From the NCBI GenBank assembly GCA_002269645.1, contig NIVC01002332.1, positions 1 to 64,000 on the forward strand: a stretch of DNA of 64,000 bases, read 5' to 3'. Source of the DNA: Macrostomum lignano. Lineage: Eukaryota. The position numbers and the translations under genes are program-made. The notes beneath the pieces were generated by a model. The model was not told where the DNA came from. It saw only the letters and a list, made by a program, of their open reading frames with translations, and did not search any database. Positions 1 through 11,997 of the stretch are shown one piece after another; the first letter of the stretch is position 1, and each line of letters starts with the position of its first letter.

Positions 1-1211
1 ACGCGCGCCAGTTGTAGAAACAAAAACTATGCAAATAACCATTGTTGGAGTGAATATTTCTTGGGATATGCTAGGCTCGCGCTGCGGTTAAGACAGGATA
101 TGAGAAACCAACAGACGGCCCGGGCGGGGCTCGGTAAGGTTTTTTAAAAACAATTGGCCATTCCTGATGAGGGAATTGAGGTGTCGGGCGGATGCCTCGC
201 CTTCCGCTATAGTTGAATGGCGAAGGAAAGAAGAGAGACGGGGAGCAGATGGGGGATTTTGCTCTCGTGACTTCACCTTGCGACTGATCCATCCATCCAT
301 CTACTTTCTCTCTACCTCTCCCCCCAACCCACACATACACAATTCTTACCTGGAAAAGCCCACCCTTAGCAAGCTAGGGTTTAGGTCTCTTACCAAAAGC
401 CTTTTTTCACCTGAATGGCTCAAGATGAAGGTCTGTCTAAGTCACCTCTTACTGGTTCACCTCCCTTGGGGGTCTCCTTTCCTCTCCTCTGTTCTGTTCT
501 GGTTCTCTCGTCCAATTCTAAAATCTGCAACCGTTTCACACCTTCCTCTCCGCTCACTCACACCTTAGCAAACGGTTATGCAATTGTCGCACCTAATTAT
601 CATAATAGATATATAATAGCCTATATATAGTTAAATGTAATTACGGTGACTGTAAAAGCACAAAACTATAATTAGGCCAATTCACATAGATAAGATAAGA
701 TAAATCGTTCCGTAAACTGCGACATTTATCAATTTATCAATAACCCCTCAGCTCCCCTCAGCTCGCGGACGAATTAGTTGACAAAAAATTGGCCCGAACT
801 AATTTATTTCAATATTCTCTGAACCATCTGTCACAATTTATTGGCTGGTAAAGATGCAGAGTTGAGTACAGTGGGTGAGTGAGGATACTTATTATTACAG
901 CAGAGAACTCACTGACTATATGCCACACGCACAATTATGCAGCAGCTTCCCAGATGAAGCTTGCTACTTAAGTAGTACCAAATATATAGGTGAAGGTGTA
1001 GAGTTGGTTTCGCGAATTGACAAGATTGGCAGACTACTATATGCGAACTGGCTCACTAGACGGGGCTTCATGGGAGAGCGAGAAGAAAGGCTGCATGACT
1101 TGGGAGGCATCTTTATGAAGCACAATTTTCATAGTTACTAAGTTATAGAAGAAAATTTGTTAAAAAATAAATGACTTAGCACAAAAAGTCAAATTGAGAT
1201 CATATTAAGAA

Positions 1212-1380
1212 TTTGATAATATTTAGCTGGGAAGAGACATAAGAGAGGATAGAAGAGTGAGAAGAGACATGAGAGAGGAAAAAAGAGAGCTGAGAAGAGA
1301 CAGGAGAGAGGAAAAAAGAGAGCTGAGAAGAGACAGGAGAGAGGAAAGAAGAGAGCTGAGAAGAGACATGAGAGACAAAA
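1212..1380 (+). repeat. GA-rich ~31-bp minisatellite (AAGAGAGCTGAGAAGAGACAGGAGAGAGG-like), inverted copy of 3888-4310
   Basis: About 4-5 units. The flank AATATTTAGCTG.GAAGAGACAT is shared in reverse complement with 4275-4305. Confidence 0.8.
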
Positions 1381-1409
1381 AGTCATAACTTGTTCTCTAT
1401 TGTTTAGAC

Positions 1410-2060
1410 GTGATCCCACACTGTATGCATGCATTTGAATGATCCCACACTGTATGCATGCATTTATATGATCCCACACAGTATGCATGCATTTGAATGA
1501 TCCCACACTGTATGCATGCATTTGAATAATCCCACACTGTATGCATGCATTTGAATAATCCCACACTGTATGCATGCATTTGAATGATCCCACACTGTAT
1601 GCATGCATTTGAATGATCCCACACTGTATGCATGCATTTGAATGATCCCACACTGTATGCATGCATTTGAATGATCCCACACTGTATGCATGCATTTGAA
1701 TGATCCCACACTGTATGCATGCATTTGAATGATCCCACACTGTATGCATGCATTTGAATGATCCCACACTGTATGCATGCATTTGAATGATCCCACACTG
1801 TATGCATGCATTTGAATGATCCCAAACTGTATGCATGCATTTGAATGATCCCACACTGTATGCATGCATTTGAATGATCCCACACTGTATCTATGAGAGT
1901 GATCCCACACTTTATCAATAAGAATGATCCCACATTGTGTCTATAAGACTGATCCCGCACTGTATCGATGAGACTGATCCCACAGTGTATGTATGAGAGT
2001 GATCCCACACTTTATACATTGTAGATAAGAATGATCCCACACTGTATCTATGAGAGTGAT
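1410..2060. repeat. 29-bp tandem repeat (GATCCCACACTGTATGCATGCATTTGAAT)
   Basis: About 16 near-perfect units, decaying after ~1880. The translated ORFs repeat every 29 aa (3 x 29 nt). Confidence 0.95.
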
Positions 2061-2789
2061 CCAACACTTTATCGATTTTGGGATTAAGCTTTGATCGCAT
2101 CAGAGCGGCAGGCAATCAAAATTCTGAGCGGCAAGAATTTCAACAAGAAATTATTGTAACTGAATGACTCTATTGACATTGGCATTGAATAGAAATTCTT
2201 CTTTCGAGAGCATCTTGAGATTGCGAAATAAGCGGCTTCACAATTCTCAACCTTTCACAATTTGAAAATTTTCAAGCCTACTTAAGTATAGTGTGAAATG
2301 ATTATCTTTAGAGCATAAGGAACTTCTTAGTGTCAACAACTAAAGTGCAAGTTCGTGATAAAAAATTTCTACTGAAAAATATTTTTTTGGACAAAAATTA
2401 TAGCAAACTATTCTACGGGCACAAAGCATGAATATTCCTAAGTTAAATAAATCGAAATCCAAACAAAACTCTATAACTACTCATATTTCACATTTGTAGA
2501 CAAACCAAAATCTAAAACTATATAAATAAAAATCCAAATAAGCGCAACTGTCAACACGATTCTCTGTACAATATGACAAAAATTCTGGCTTAGAGATCCA
2601 GAGAGGCAATGTTCAAAACAAATTGGTTGAAGTCTCGCTCACTAATCTTTTTATGCTATTACTTCAGCATGAATACGAACTTTTGAGTATCTGCGTTCTT
2701 CACGGGCATAGCCAGAAGTGGAGGGGGTCCGTGGCCCTTGGTGCTGGCGCCCCTTGGTGCTGATGCCCCTTGGTGCTGGCCTAAACTTC

Positions 2790-3180
2790 AAAGGACCCTA
2801 AATTTCATAGGACCTAAACTACATAGGACCTAGATTTCATAGGACCTAAACTTGATAGGACCTAAACTTGATAGGACCTAAACTTCATAGGACCTTAACT
2901 TGATAGGACCTAAACTTCATAGGACCTTACTTCATAGGACCTAAACTTCATAGGACCTAGATTTCATAAGATCTAAACTTGATAGGACTTAAACTTGATA
3001 GGACTTAGATTTCATAGGACCCAATTTTGATAGGACCTAAACTTGATAAGACCTAAACTTGATAGGACCTAAACTTCATAGGACCTTACTTCATAGGACC
3101 TAAACTTCATAGGACCTAAACTTCATAGGACCTAAACTTCATAAAGACATAAACTTCATAGGACCCAAACTTCATATAAC
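2790..3180. repeat. 16-bp tandem repeat (ATAGGACCTAAACTT[C/G])
   Basis: About 24 units visible directly. Confidence 0.92.
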
Positions 3181-3793
3181 TTCATCAAAATTGTCCATCG
3201 AGTGCCTGTTTCCAATCCAAGTTCTCCAGGGGTCCATGCACGGTTCATGAGGGCCGGGATTGGGGATAGCTATAATAGCCGCTGCAAATTCCTCCCTGAA
3301 GGCAAGATATTGTTATTAGAGAGAGAAGAAGAGCAGAAAATGCAGCATAGGGGTTGGGGGGGGGTAGCCTTAGCAGCGGTGTCATGAGCAAGTCCCTGCA
3401 AGCTCTCGGTGCATAAACATACAGTTGAGAGAGAAGAAGTTGGTGTAAGATATTCTCTTATATAAGCATGGCGCACCCCTCGCTGCCTTATAATAATAGC
3501 TTCCGCCAAGACGCATTCATCTGGTGCTTGGAGCTGCTGCAAGTATAGGATAAGAACAATTTTCCAGTTAACGAAGTTCTCGATAATTATTGTACTAACA
3601 AGACCATGGCGTACAAATCATTCAATCTGGAGAGGAAATTACGTCAAAAAATCATTTTCGGTCAAGGATAAAAGCGATAATGGATTTTTTTAAAATTGTT
3701 TTAATTATTGATTTCATATGCTAATAAACTACTTAATTGAAGCAGTAGAAGTTAAGCGAATTTAAAAATAGCTTTAAATAGCTACGTATCGAC

Positions 3794-3850
3794 CAGGGGT
3801 CGGCAAACTCCGGCCCACCAAGGCTCTCTATCAGGCCCTCGGGTCCTTGG
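3794..3850 (+). mobile_element. hAT (Charlie-type) terminal inverted repeat fragment
   Basis: CAGGGGTCGGCAAACTCCGGCCC matches the characteristic hAT/Charlie terminus. No matching opposite end was found. Confidence 0.55.
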
Positions 3851-3887
3851 AAACTTTACAATAGCAATCCGCCATGCTCATTGTTTG

Positions 3888-4310
3888 ATATCCCTTCTCT
3901 CCTCTCTCCTGTCTCTTCTCAGCTCTCTTCTATCCTCTCTCATGTCCCTCTTCACAGGGCCTTCTTTCCTCTCTCATGTCTCTTCACAGCTCTCTTCTTT
4001 CCTCTCTCATGTTTCTTCTCAACTCTCTTCTCTCCTCTCTCATGTCCCTCTTCTCAGCTCTCTTATCTCCTCTCTCCTGTCTCTTCTCAGCTCTCTTCTC
4101 TCCTCTCTCCTGTCTCTTCTCAGCTCTCTTCTCTCCTCTCTCCTGTCTCTTCTCAGCTCTCTTATCTCCTCTCTCATGTTTCTTCTCAACTCTCTTCTCT
4201 CCTCTCTCATGTCTGTTCTCAGCTCTCTTCTCTCCTCTCTCATGTATGTTCTCAGCTCTCTTGTCTTCTCCCACATGTCTCTTCTCAGCTAAATATTCTC
4301 AACTTCTCAA
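3888..4310 (-). repeat. CT-rich ~31-bp minisatellite (CCTCTCTCCTGTCTCTTCTCAGCTCTCTT-like)
   Basis: About 13 units. Reverse complement of the array at 1212-1380. Confidence 0.9.
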
Positions 4311-5349
4311 CTAAATATTTGAAAAAAATTCCAACAACTCACCAATGGCCAGTGCAACTGAGACAGTTGAGACAAACAGAAACTTGCAGATCCAACTAGC
4401 AGACAAGTGCATCATTAAAAGCAAAAACAAGTTACAAGGGCTCTTTCTGCACCTAATTAAGAGAATCTTCAGCGAGCAGGTATTCTTTAGGTAGAGTTAT
4501 CGAAGTTTACAACCGTCTCTCTAGATCGTTAGCCATTCGGTTCGGGCTTCTTGTTAACTAAGGGCTTTATCTACAAGAAAGAGGGAGTGACGGAAAGGCG
4601 CCGCGATGAATGATTATTATGTCCAGTCCCCGTGTCAACGGATCTCGATAGACTGATAGACAGAAATAGACAGGACTCAGATGGATAGAAGCTCAGGGGA
4701 GGTTGGTGATGGGGGGCTGGCTTGGTCCAGCTCAGCTCCTCTTCTGTTGAAGTTTTTTTGGAGTCTTCCCCTCTCTTCCAATGCTACACCGCTGTGCCTG
4801 TCTGTGTGAGTGTGTGAGTGACTGACTGAGTGAGCGAGCGCGAGCGTATTTGGGTGAGCGCATTTTGGGGTCTCTGTGAGTTGCGCCACAGCTATCTTAT
4901 TGGATTCCCTTTCTCGTTGCCAATGCCCAGGGGGTGGGAAGGAGTGGAGGGAGAGAGAGACGGAGAGACGGAGAAAAAACGCCGAGGGTCCAGCGGCAGA
5001 CGCAAAGCAGCAAGTGCGGAGCAGAAACAGAAGCAGGAAGCGGGAAACAAACCCTCACTTCACCTCAGCCGGAGAACCCCAGAAACCCCCCCCCCAAGGT
5101 TTTTTCAAACAGCCTTTCTCATGCCGACATTCCACCGACAAACAACAGGTTTTGGGAGGGGGGTGGGGCAGCGTAATGGGGAGAGGCTCTGACTAATTTT
5201 CATATTGGATGTTTTGGCCAGTTGTTATTTGGTAATAAAATCAATCTATCAATTTGAGTTTAACCGCACCTGTATGGTATTAATAGCAATACTTTTGGCT
5301 TCTTCTTCTTCTCAGTGCAATCTCGCATCTAGCAAAACTGCAGATTCTG

Positions 5350-5640
5350 CTAGGTGACACATCTAGAGACACTTTGTGGTGTCTAGGGACTCATGTAGGC
5401 ATACATCTAGGGACTTTTCTAGGAATTCTTCTAGGGACTCTTCTATAGGGACACATCTAAGGACACTTCGAGGAAAACATCTAAGGACACATCTAGGGAC
5501 ACATCTAGAGACTTTTTTAGGAAACCTTCTAAGGACTCTTTGGAGTCTCCTCTAAGGACTGTTCCAGGGACACATCGAGGGACTCTTTTAGAGACTTTTC
5601 CAAGTACATTTCTATCGACTCATCCAAGAAATTCTTCCAA
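5350..5640. repeat. degenerate ~19-20-bp repeat (GACACATCTAGG core)
   Basis: Recurrent ACATCTAG(G/A)GAC motif. Confidence 0.7.
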
Positions 5641-6499
5641 GCTAGCTATAAGTTTTCGCTCGCTAATTTTTATAACTGCTGGCCGAAATTGGCAAAGTTA
5701 CACGATGTTTCAAGATCACTGAGCCTTGCTCATGTACATGTACTTTACTAGAATGGACCCAACTGCAGACAGACAACTCAGCTCTAAATACTGATCACGG
5801 ATGCGGCATTATATAAGACTGTAGAAGCTGATTCCAATGAGTTAATAGACAATATATATGATGGGAAGAACTTTACCTTCAATTGGATAAAATCGTAGGA
5901 ATACGAAAATACGTACCGGCGCAGTGACCAGCTATTTATGGTATCAGGCAGCCCAGTCCTGCATCGCCACAGCCATGCATGCAATTGCCACTGCTTTATG
6001 GTTAATTAATTATTTATTAGGGCCAGGCTTCCTCTCTGTCCATCCTCCCTCTCTCTCCCTCTCTCCCATTCATCCTCTATTCCTCTCTCTCCCTCTCCTC
6101 CCTGTCAAAGCGAAGCGTCAGTCGGCCAATCCAGATCCCGGATCTAAAAGTATTCCACGACGACGACTGCTGAGATCTGCTGAGCATAGTTACTGAATAG
6201 TTGTAGTCTATATAGCATGGTAGTTAGTTGACTAAAAACTACGACCTAAAATAGTGGAAACAATGAACTGAGAAACAATGACAAGCTTCAGCCAGGAAAG
6301 TAGCAGCACAAAAATTGAGCAATAAACAGCTCAAAGACAGATAAGAATGAGGAACTGAATGAAGAGAGACTCTGAGTGAGACGTAGGGATCAATAGACTC
6401 AGACGTAGCGCAAGTTTGCGTAGCGCAAAAAGCATAAATTTTAATTAATTTCTTTTTTTCATACTCCATAGGCTATGATCCCATTCATGGGATGATTTC

Positions 6500-6690
6500 A
6501 GATGGTACATTCCGGATGTGGTATTCCGGATGGGGTATTCTGGATGAGGTATTTCGGGTGATCGGATAGTCTGATGGGATATTCCGGATGGGATATTCAG
6601 GATGGAGTATTCCGGATGGGATATTCAGGATAGAGTATTCCGGATGGGATATTTCAGGTGGGATATTCCGGATGGGGTATTCCGGATCAT
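6500..6690. repeat. ~14-bp tandem repeat (TATTCCGGATGGG[G/A])
   Basis: About 12 units with a TCCGGA core. Confidence 0.85.
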
Positions 6691-7264
6691 GGGATGCACA
6701 AACTAAAAATAAATAACCACAACTAAATCAATTACTCATAACTCGTACTATTTTTTTAAATTATGGAAATTCACAATTTAAAGTTTTCCCAATTCCAAAC
6801 AGTTCAATTTCTTTCCCAAATGCAATTTTTTAACGACTCTGGATTGGTTATTAAGTGGTCGCAGCTGCGATCGCAGCGGTCACGGTTTTCAATAGTTTTA
6901 AAATCTAGCAGTCAGTGTTTAAGGTCTGACTCGATCTGAATATGGCAGAACTATAGCCATAAAAAAAGTTAGCCGTTTAACCACTCCTAATCTGTGAGCT
7001 GAAGTTAACTAACACTTGGCAATAGTTTGAATAACCCATATATAAAATCTATATTATGGCTAAAACATAAATTTTGACCCAACCAATATCGCAACTCTAT
7101 AAGGGGTATGCAACAGAATTTTTCAATTCTTTTTTACGTTGGGTCCTTGCAGAATTGATTGCAGTACGACAGATTGCCCTGTATTACACACACACACACA
7201 CACTCATGCACACACACACACACACACACTCATGCACACGCTCACACAGGGTGTACACCGGTAT

Positions 7265-8170
7265 TCTTAAACTACACCGATATTCTCATACTTGACAGAT
7301 ATTTTCATACTTGACGGATATTCTCATACTTGTCGGATATTCTCATACTTGACGGATATTCTCATACTTAACAGATATTCTCATACTTGACGGATATTCT
7401 CATACTTGACGGATATTCTCATACCTGACAGATATTTTCATACTTGACGGATATTCTCATACTTGAGGGATATTCTCATACTTGACGGATATTCTCATAC
7501 TTAACGTATATTCTCATACTTAACGGATATTCTCATACTTGACGGATATTCTCATACTTGACGGATATTCTCATACTTGACGGATATTCTCATACTTGAC
7601 GGATACTTTCATACTTGACGGATATTCTCATACTTGACGGATATTCTCATACTTGACGGATATTCTCATACTTGACGGATATTCTCATACTTGACGGATA
7701 TTCTCATACTTGACGGATATTCTCATACTTGACGGATATTCTCATACTTGACGGATATTCTCATACTTAACGGATATTCTCATACTTAACGGATATTCTC
7801 ATACTCAACGGATATTCTCATACTTGAGGGATATTCTCATACTTGACGGACATTCTCATACTTGACGGATATTCTCATACTTGACGGATATTCTCATACT
7901 TGACGGATATTCTCATACTTGACGGATATTCTCATACTTGACGGATATTCTCATACTTGAGGGATATTCTCATACTTGACGGATATTCTCATACTTGAGG
8001 GATATTCTCATACTTGACGGATATTCTCATACTTTATTGATCTTCTCATATTTGACGGATATTCTCATACTTGACGGATATTCTCATACTTAACGGATAT
8101 TCTCATACTTTATCAATATGCTCATACGAGCTACTTCGCAGATACTCTCATGTCTCACCGATATTCTCAT
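7265..8170. repeat. 19-bp tandem repeat (GACGGATATTCTCATACTT)
   Basis: More than 40 near-identical units. Confidence 0.97.
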
Positions 8171-8595
8171 TTCATGAAAAAAATAAAAAAACGGGCAAAT
8201 CTCAGCAAGAAGTCGTGTTACGCGCAGTTCCAATTGCTACAAGCAGGCAATATATTTTGATATATAACATAGCAAGGTAGGTTCGCTTTCAATAAAATCA
8301 GACGGAGAAAAATGAAGAGTCATCCAGAGTATATGGTTTAGTGTAAAGGAACGTACTCGTAATAAAAAACTCTTTCATAGTCGCAAATATACGAGCGTAG
8401 GTTAACTACTAAGAGTAGCTAGTAAAGCATGTTAACAGGCATAAAGTGGGTTTGATTGATTGATTGAACGCAGCATATTATTATATCTGTGAAAATACAA
8501 CATATTTAAGAGATGGACTTTCTCTACCTGTGCCATCCATAGCGTTGTGTCATCCATAGCGTTCACGTCACGAGGGGCCAACCCCGCCCCAAGGC

Positions 8596-8628
<33 letters not shown>

Positions 8629-8645
8629 CGATTAGAAAGTCGGGG

Positions 8646-8867
8646 CCACAGATACTAAAATAACTAGATGGGTCCCTCATGTATCCGATCGTATACTTAC
8701 CAAAACAGCTTTCTACTTTCAGTTCAGTAGCAAAGAAGAATACATAAGCTATTTTATAAGAATAAAGGCAGCCGAAACGACTACTATAAGTTTAGGAAGC
8801 CCAAGCTTGCAGGCGTAAACAACTTGCTAATTGGTTCAGCCATGTACATTAGCCAGTCCACTGAAAT
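8646..8867 (+). mobile_element. ~225-bp interspersed repeat, copy 1 (copy 2 at 43954-44183)
   Basis: CCACAGATACTAAAATAACT...AAAACAGCTTTCTACTTTCAGTTCAGTAGCAAAGAAGAATA...AGCCAGTCCACTGAAAT is collinear in both copies. Class unknown. Confidence 0.8.
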
Positions 8868-9137
8868 GTACATGGCAGCTTTAGACTGGAATTCCGAGAA
8901 AGGCAATAAAAATTGGGGTGGGCGGGGGTAGTGTGGAAAGGCGCGGTTGGAGAGTTTAAGCGGGGGGGGGAGGGTAAGAGCCAATAAATGAACCTCGGCT
9001 TTAAAATACATTAAAATGCTTCCGTTTAACTTGCTACTGAACTGAAAGTAGTCTACACGCAAATGTGCTAAGAGGCACATATAATTATTCTAAGTATCTG
9101 TGGTTGGGGCCGATGTCGGGACACTCTCATGACGTCT

Positions 9138-10439
9138 TCAGTCCGTCAGCCGATTTTCGTAGACGGTGCTGGTGTGAGACGCTGGCAGCACGTGCAGCAC
9201 AATCACTATGCTGAGCACTGTGCAGGTTAAATAGAATTCAAACAAAAATTTGTCAATCACCTCGGCTATGTACAGCCACTTGGCCCGCTCCATTCTGTTC
9301 ATGTCGACCTCGTCGTCGCTGGTGACCGCCGCGTTGGCGTCTCGGCCAGCAATTCTGTCGAAGCCCTCGGCAAAGGCTGCCTCCTGCCAGCGCAGCTGGG
9401 TGAAGGTGACGGGCCCAAGGAAGCGTCGACTGATTCGCCACAGCCACAGCGGCACGGTCGGACAGGGGTCGGTGTCGCCTCTGCTCTGCACGTGCATCAC
9501 TATCGTGGCCATAATTAGCGACAGCGAGTTCAGAGTCATCACCGTGGTGAGGAATATCCCAATGATTGGAGTGGAATTCGACTCGGGAGTGTTCTCCGCG
9601 ATGAGCAGCTCGAGGAAGTAGAGAAATAGGAACACGGTTAGACCGATTTCGATCTTCTCGGCAATATGACAGGGCAGCCAGAAGCTGAACAGCGTCAGGA
9701 TGCACAGCATGATGCTTGGAGCAATGACAGTGTAGGAATAGTACAGAGCTTTCCTCTCGATGTGAATTCTCAGCCGGAGCATCGGGAATGTCAGGTTGTT
9801 CAAGGTCGTTTGCACCGACCGCTGCATCTGCAGACCGGAGACTTGCAGTTCGGAGTGCTGCTCAAGGATGGACTTGTCAACCGCGCCGCCACGGCCTGGT
9901 GGCATCTGCAGGTCAACCTGTCTGGCATCGTAGGTCCACGAAGCGAACACGATATCGCAAAACTGATGATCGAATGGAAAATAGAGTACGTCAACGCTGC
10001 AGGAGCTCTTGATCGTCGACGGAATGTTCCAAACTACGTGGCCAGAGTGGCTCACAGTCACTCGGCTGCTGTTGTCGAAGATGAACCCATCGTTGCCATC
10101 AGCCGCGTTGTTGTAGACGTAGATGTCTGGCACCCAGACTTCCCCAGCCGGCAGTACGAACTCTTCTATGCCAGAATAATTTTCCGGACTCCAAGTGAGT
10201 CGTTCGTCGCGCCACGACTCCATGACAACAACGTTCATGTGTAATATTTGATTCTTCTCGTCCAGATCCATTAAGCGATTGAGCTTGACACTGAATGTAA
10301 CGTTTAGCACGGTGTTAGCCAGGTAAACAGGTCGCGAGCTCTTCTCGTATCTTCTAGTAAGTACCTGGTAGAGATCCTCGTGGCTACCGGACTCAGCTAC
10401 GGTTGCTACTAGAAGCAAAAGAGACCAAGACTTCAGCAT
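9138..10439 (-). CDS. Intronless nicotinic acetylcholine receptor-like Cys-loop channel subunit (non-alpha, divergent), 433 aa
   Basis: Single ORF with N-terminal signal peptide, LDEKNQIL, WRDERLTW, loop A VWVPDIYVYNNA, Cys-loop CSVDVLYFPFDHQFC, loop B FASWTYD, M1-M3, a short cytoplasmic loop and M4 (AEVIDKFLFEFY). No vicinal CC in loop C. Confidence 0.95.
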   Translation of the reverse strand: MLKSWSLLLLVATVAESGSHEDLYQVLTRRYEKSSRPVYLANTVLNVTFSVKLNRLMDLDEKNQILHMNVVVMESWRDERLTWSPENYSGIEEFVLPAGEVWVPDIYVYNNAADGNDGFIFDNSSRVTVSHSGHVVWNIPSTIKSSCSVDVLYFPFDHQFCDIVFASWTYDARQVDLQMPPGRGGAVDKSILEQHSELQVSGLQMQRSVQTTLNNLTFPMLRLRIHIERKALYYSYTVIAPSIMLCILTLFSFWLPCHIAEKIEIGLTVFLFLYFLELLIAENTPESNSTPIIGIFLTTVMTLNSLSLIMATIVMHVQSRGDTDPCPTVPLWLWRISRRFLGPVTFTQLRWQEAAFAEGFDRIAGRDANAAVTSDDEVDMNRMERAKWLYIAEVIDKFLFEFYLTCTVLSIVIVLHVLPASHTSTVYENRLTD

Positions 10440-11189
10440 TGTTAGCTAAGCTTACGGTCCTCTGATTGCCAAAGGCTTGAAGCAAAGGCCTGATTAACTG
10501 GCGCATCAATATATAGGCAGCCTATAGCTCTGGAAGCTAATAGAATTTCTACCAAAAGTAGAGAAGACAGGGTTTTCATAGATAGCTAGAGAGCTCCTCA
10601 TTTGTAGCCGAGAGGGGAGGGGCTGAACTTTTTCTTTCCCTATACTATGTCCATTCCCTTCTCTCTTCCGGGACCGCGACCGAGCTCCGAGAGAGCTGGA
10701 ACGTGGGAAGAAACTGATTTTGGAAGAGAGAGGGGGGAATATAGCCGCGTACGCTTGGTAAGCGAGTGCAACAGCTACATGCAAACTATCGAGAGTAGCT
10801 AGCCTCGGGGATATGGATCCACTCCCGTTCCCGCAGAGGAGACACGAATCCGGTGCGTATTATCGAGTGTTCCCCTTCCAACCTGAGAGATTCAAACCCA
10901 TCTGTGTACTGACTACAGCATGGCCTACAGCTCCTCTGCAGAAAATAGCATTTGGTTTAATAAGTAGAGTCTGCGAGGATTTCACTGACCTGCAAGATGC
11001 ACCTGCAAAGCCCCAGGCTTAGCGTAGCGTAAACTGACATTTTGAACCACTTTTTTGCGCTGGAAAATTCATTTTATTCGCTAACCACACTGTAAGCACT
11101 TGGATAGTCATATGCAGAGTTTTCTTTTCAAATGAACATACGGCATGTAGTGAAGATAGGGGACTGCAACCCAGGAATACGAATTCTGA

Positions 11190-11350
11190 CACTATTAGAT
11201 ACCACTAATGATATTAAGCGTCACTAGCACTAATAAAGATCACTGACACTATTAGGCGTTCACTGACACTATTAGGCATTCACTGACATATTAAGCACTC
11301 GGTGACACTTGTAAGCCTTCACTGACACTATTTAGGCATCACTGATACGT
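11190..11350. repeat. degenerate ~20-bp repeat (CACTGACACTATTAGGC)
   Basis: About 7 decayed units. Confidence 0.65.
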
Positions 11351-11997
11351 ACTATATTACGAGCGTAGGTCTTCATGACATCCACCTTAATGTTTGATAA
11401 TGACGCACAAGTCGGTACTTTTGAAAAGAAATGTTGGATCAAAAAATTCTGTGTAGTTAACTGCAGCTCATTTTGAAGTTTTCTCTAATATCACTTGACA
11501 TGAAAGTAGTATGTGGAGAAAATTGTACACATACTACCTTGTATTTTTCAGAAATAAAAAGTAAGTTTGTAAGGAATTTAATTTATTCAGGTATCATTTT
11601 CAAATTATATGCAAGTCTGAAAATAAATGCAGAAAAATTATAATCGTTCAAATCTACACCAAAAAACTCTTTGAAACTGACAATTCAAATTATCTCGCTT
11701 CCCTGACTCAGCAAGGTCAGAGTGCGTTCTCATGAAGACTGTCAGTTCAATCAATCAAAGAGAAAATTAAACACAATTCGTTCTCTTAAAGAGAAACGTT
11801 TCCTTTTAATTATAAATTTCCCCATTAGTAGGATTTTGCTGAAGCAGCAGTCTTAAAATAGGAAGAGCTGTACCACAGGCAGCGCCGATTAGCCAAAGTT
11901 ACTTAGCATAGTTACAAGCCAGCTGTCAATTATGTTCCTTCTAAGGTGATTGAATTCCGCTGAGTGCATGTTGCAGGCAGGGCAGACAAACTCTATA

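Noticed and set aside
150-235. Hammerhead ribozyme at CCTGATGAGGG
   Set aside because: No helix II closed by GAAA at the right spacing, and no helix III/NUH.
9250-10244. Overlapping or antisense ORFs on the receptor gene (9250-9621, 9253-9705, 9666-10244)
   Set aside because: These are shadow ORFs expected from GC-rich codon usage, with no recognisable motifs.
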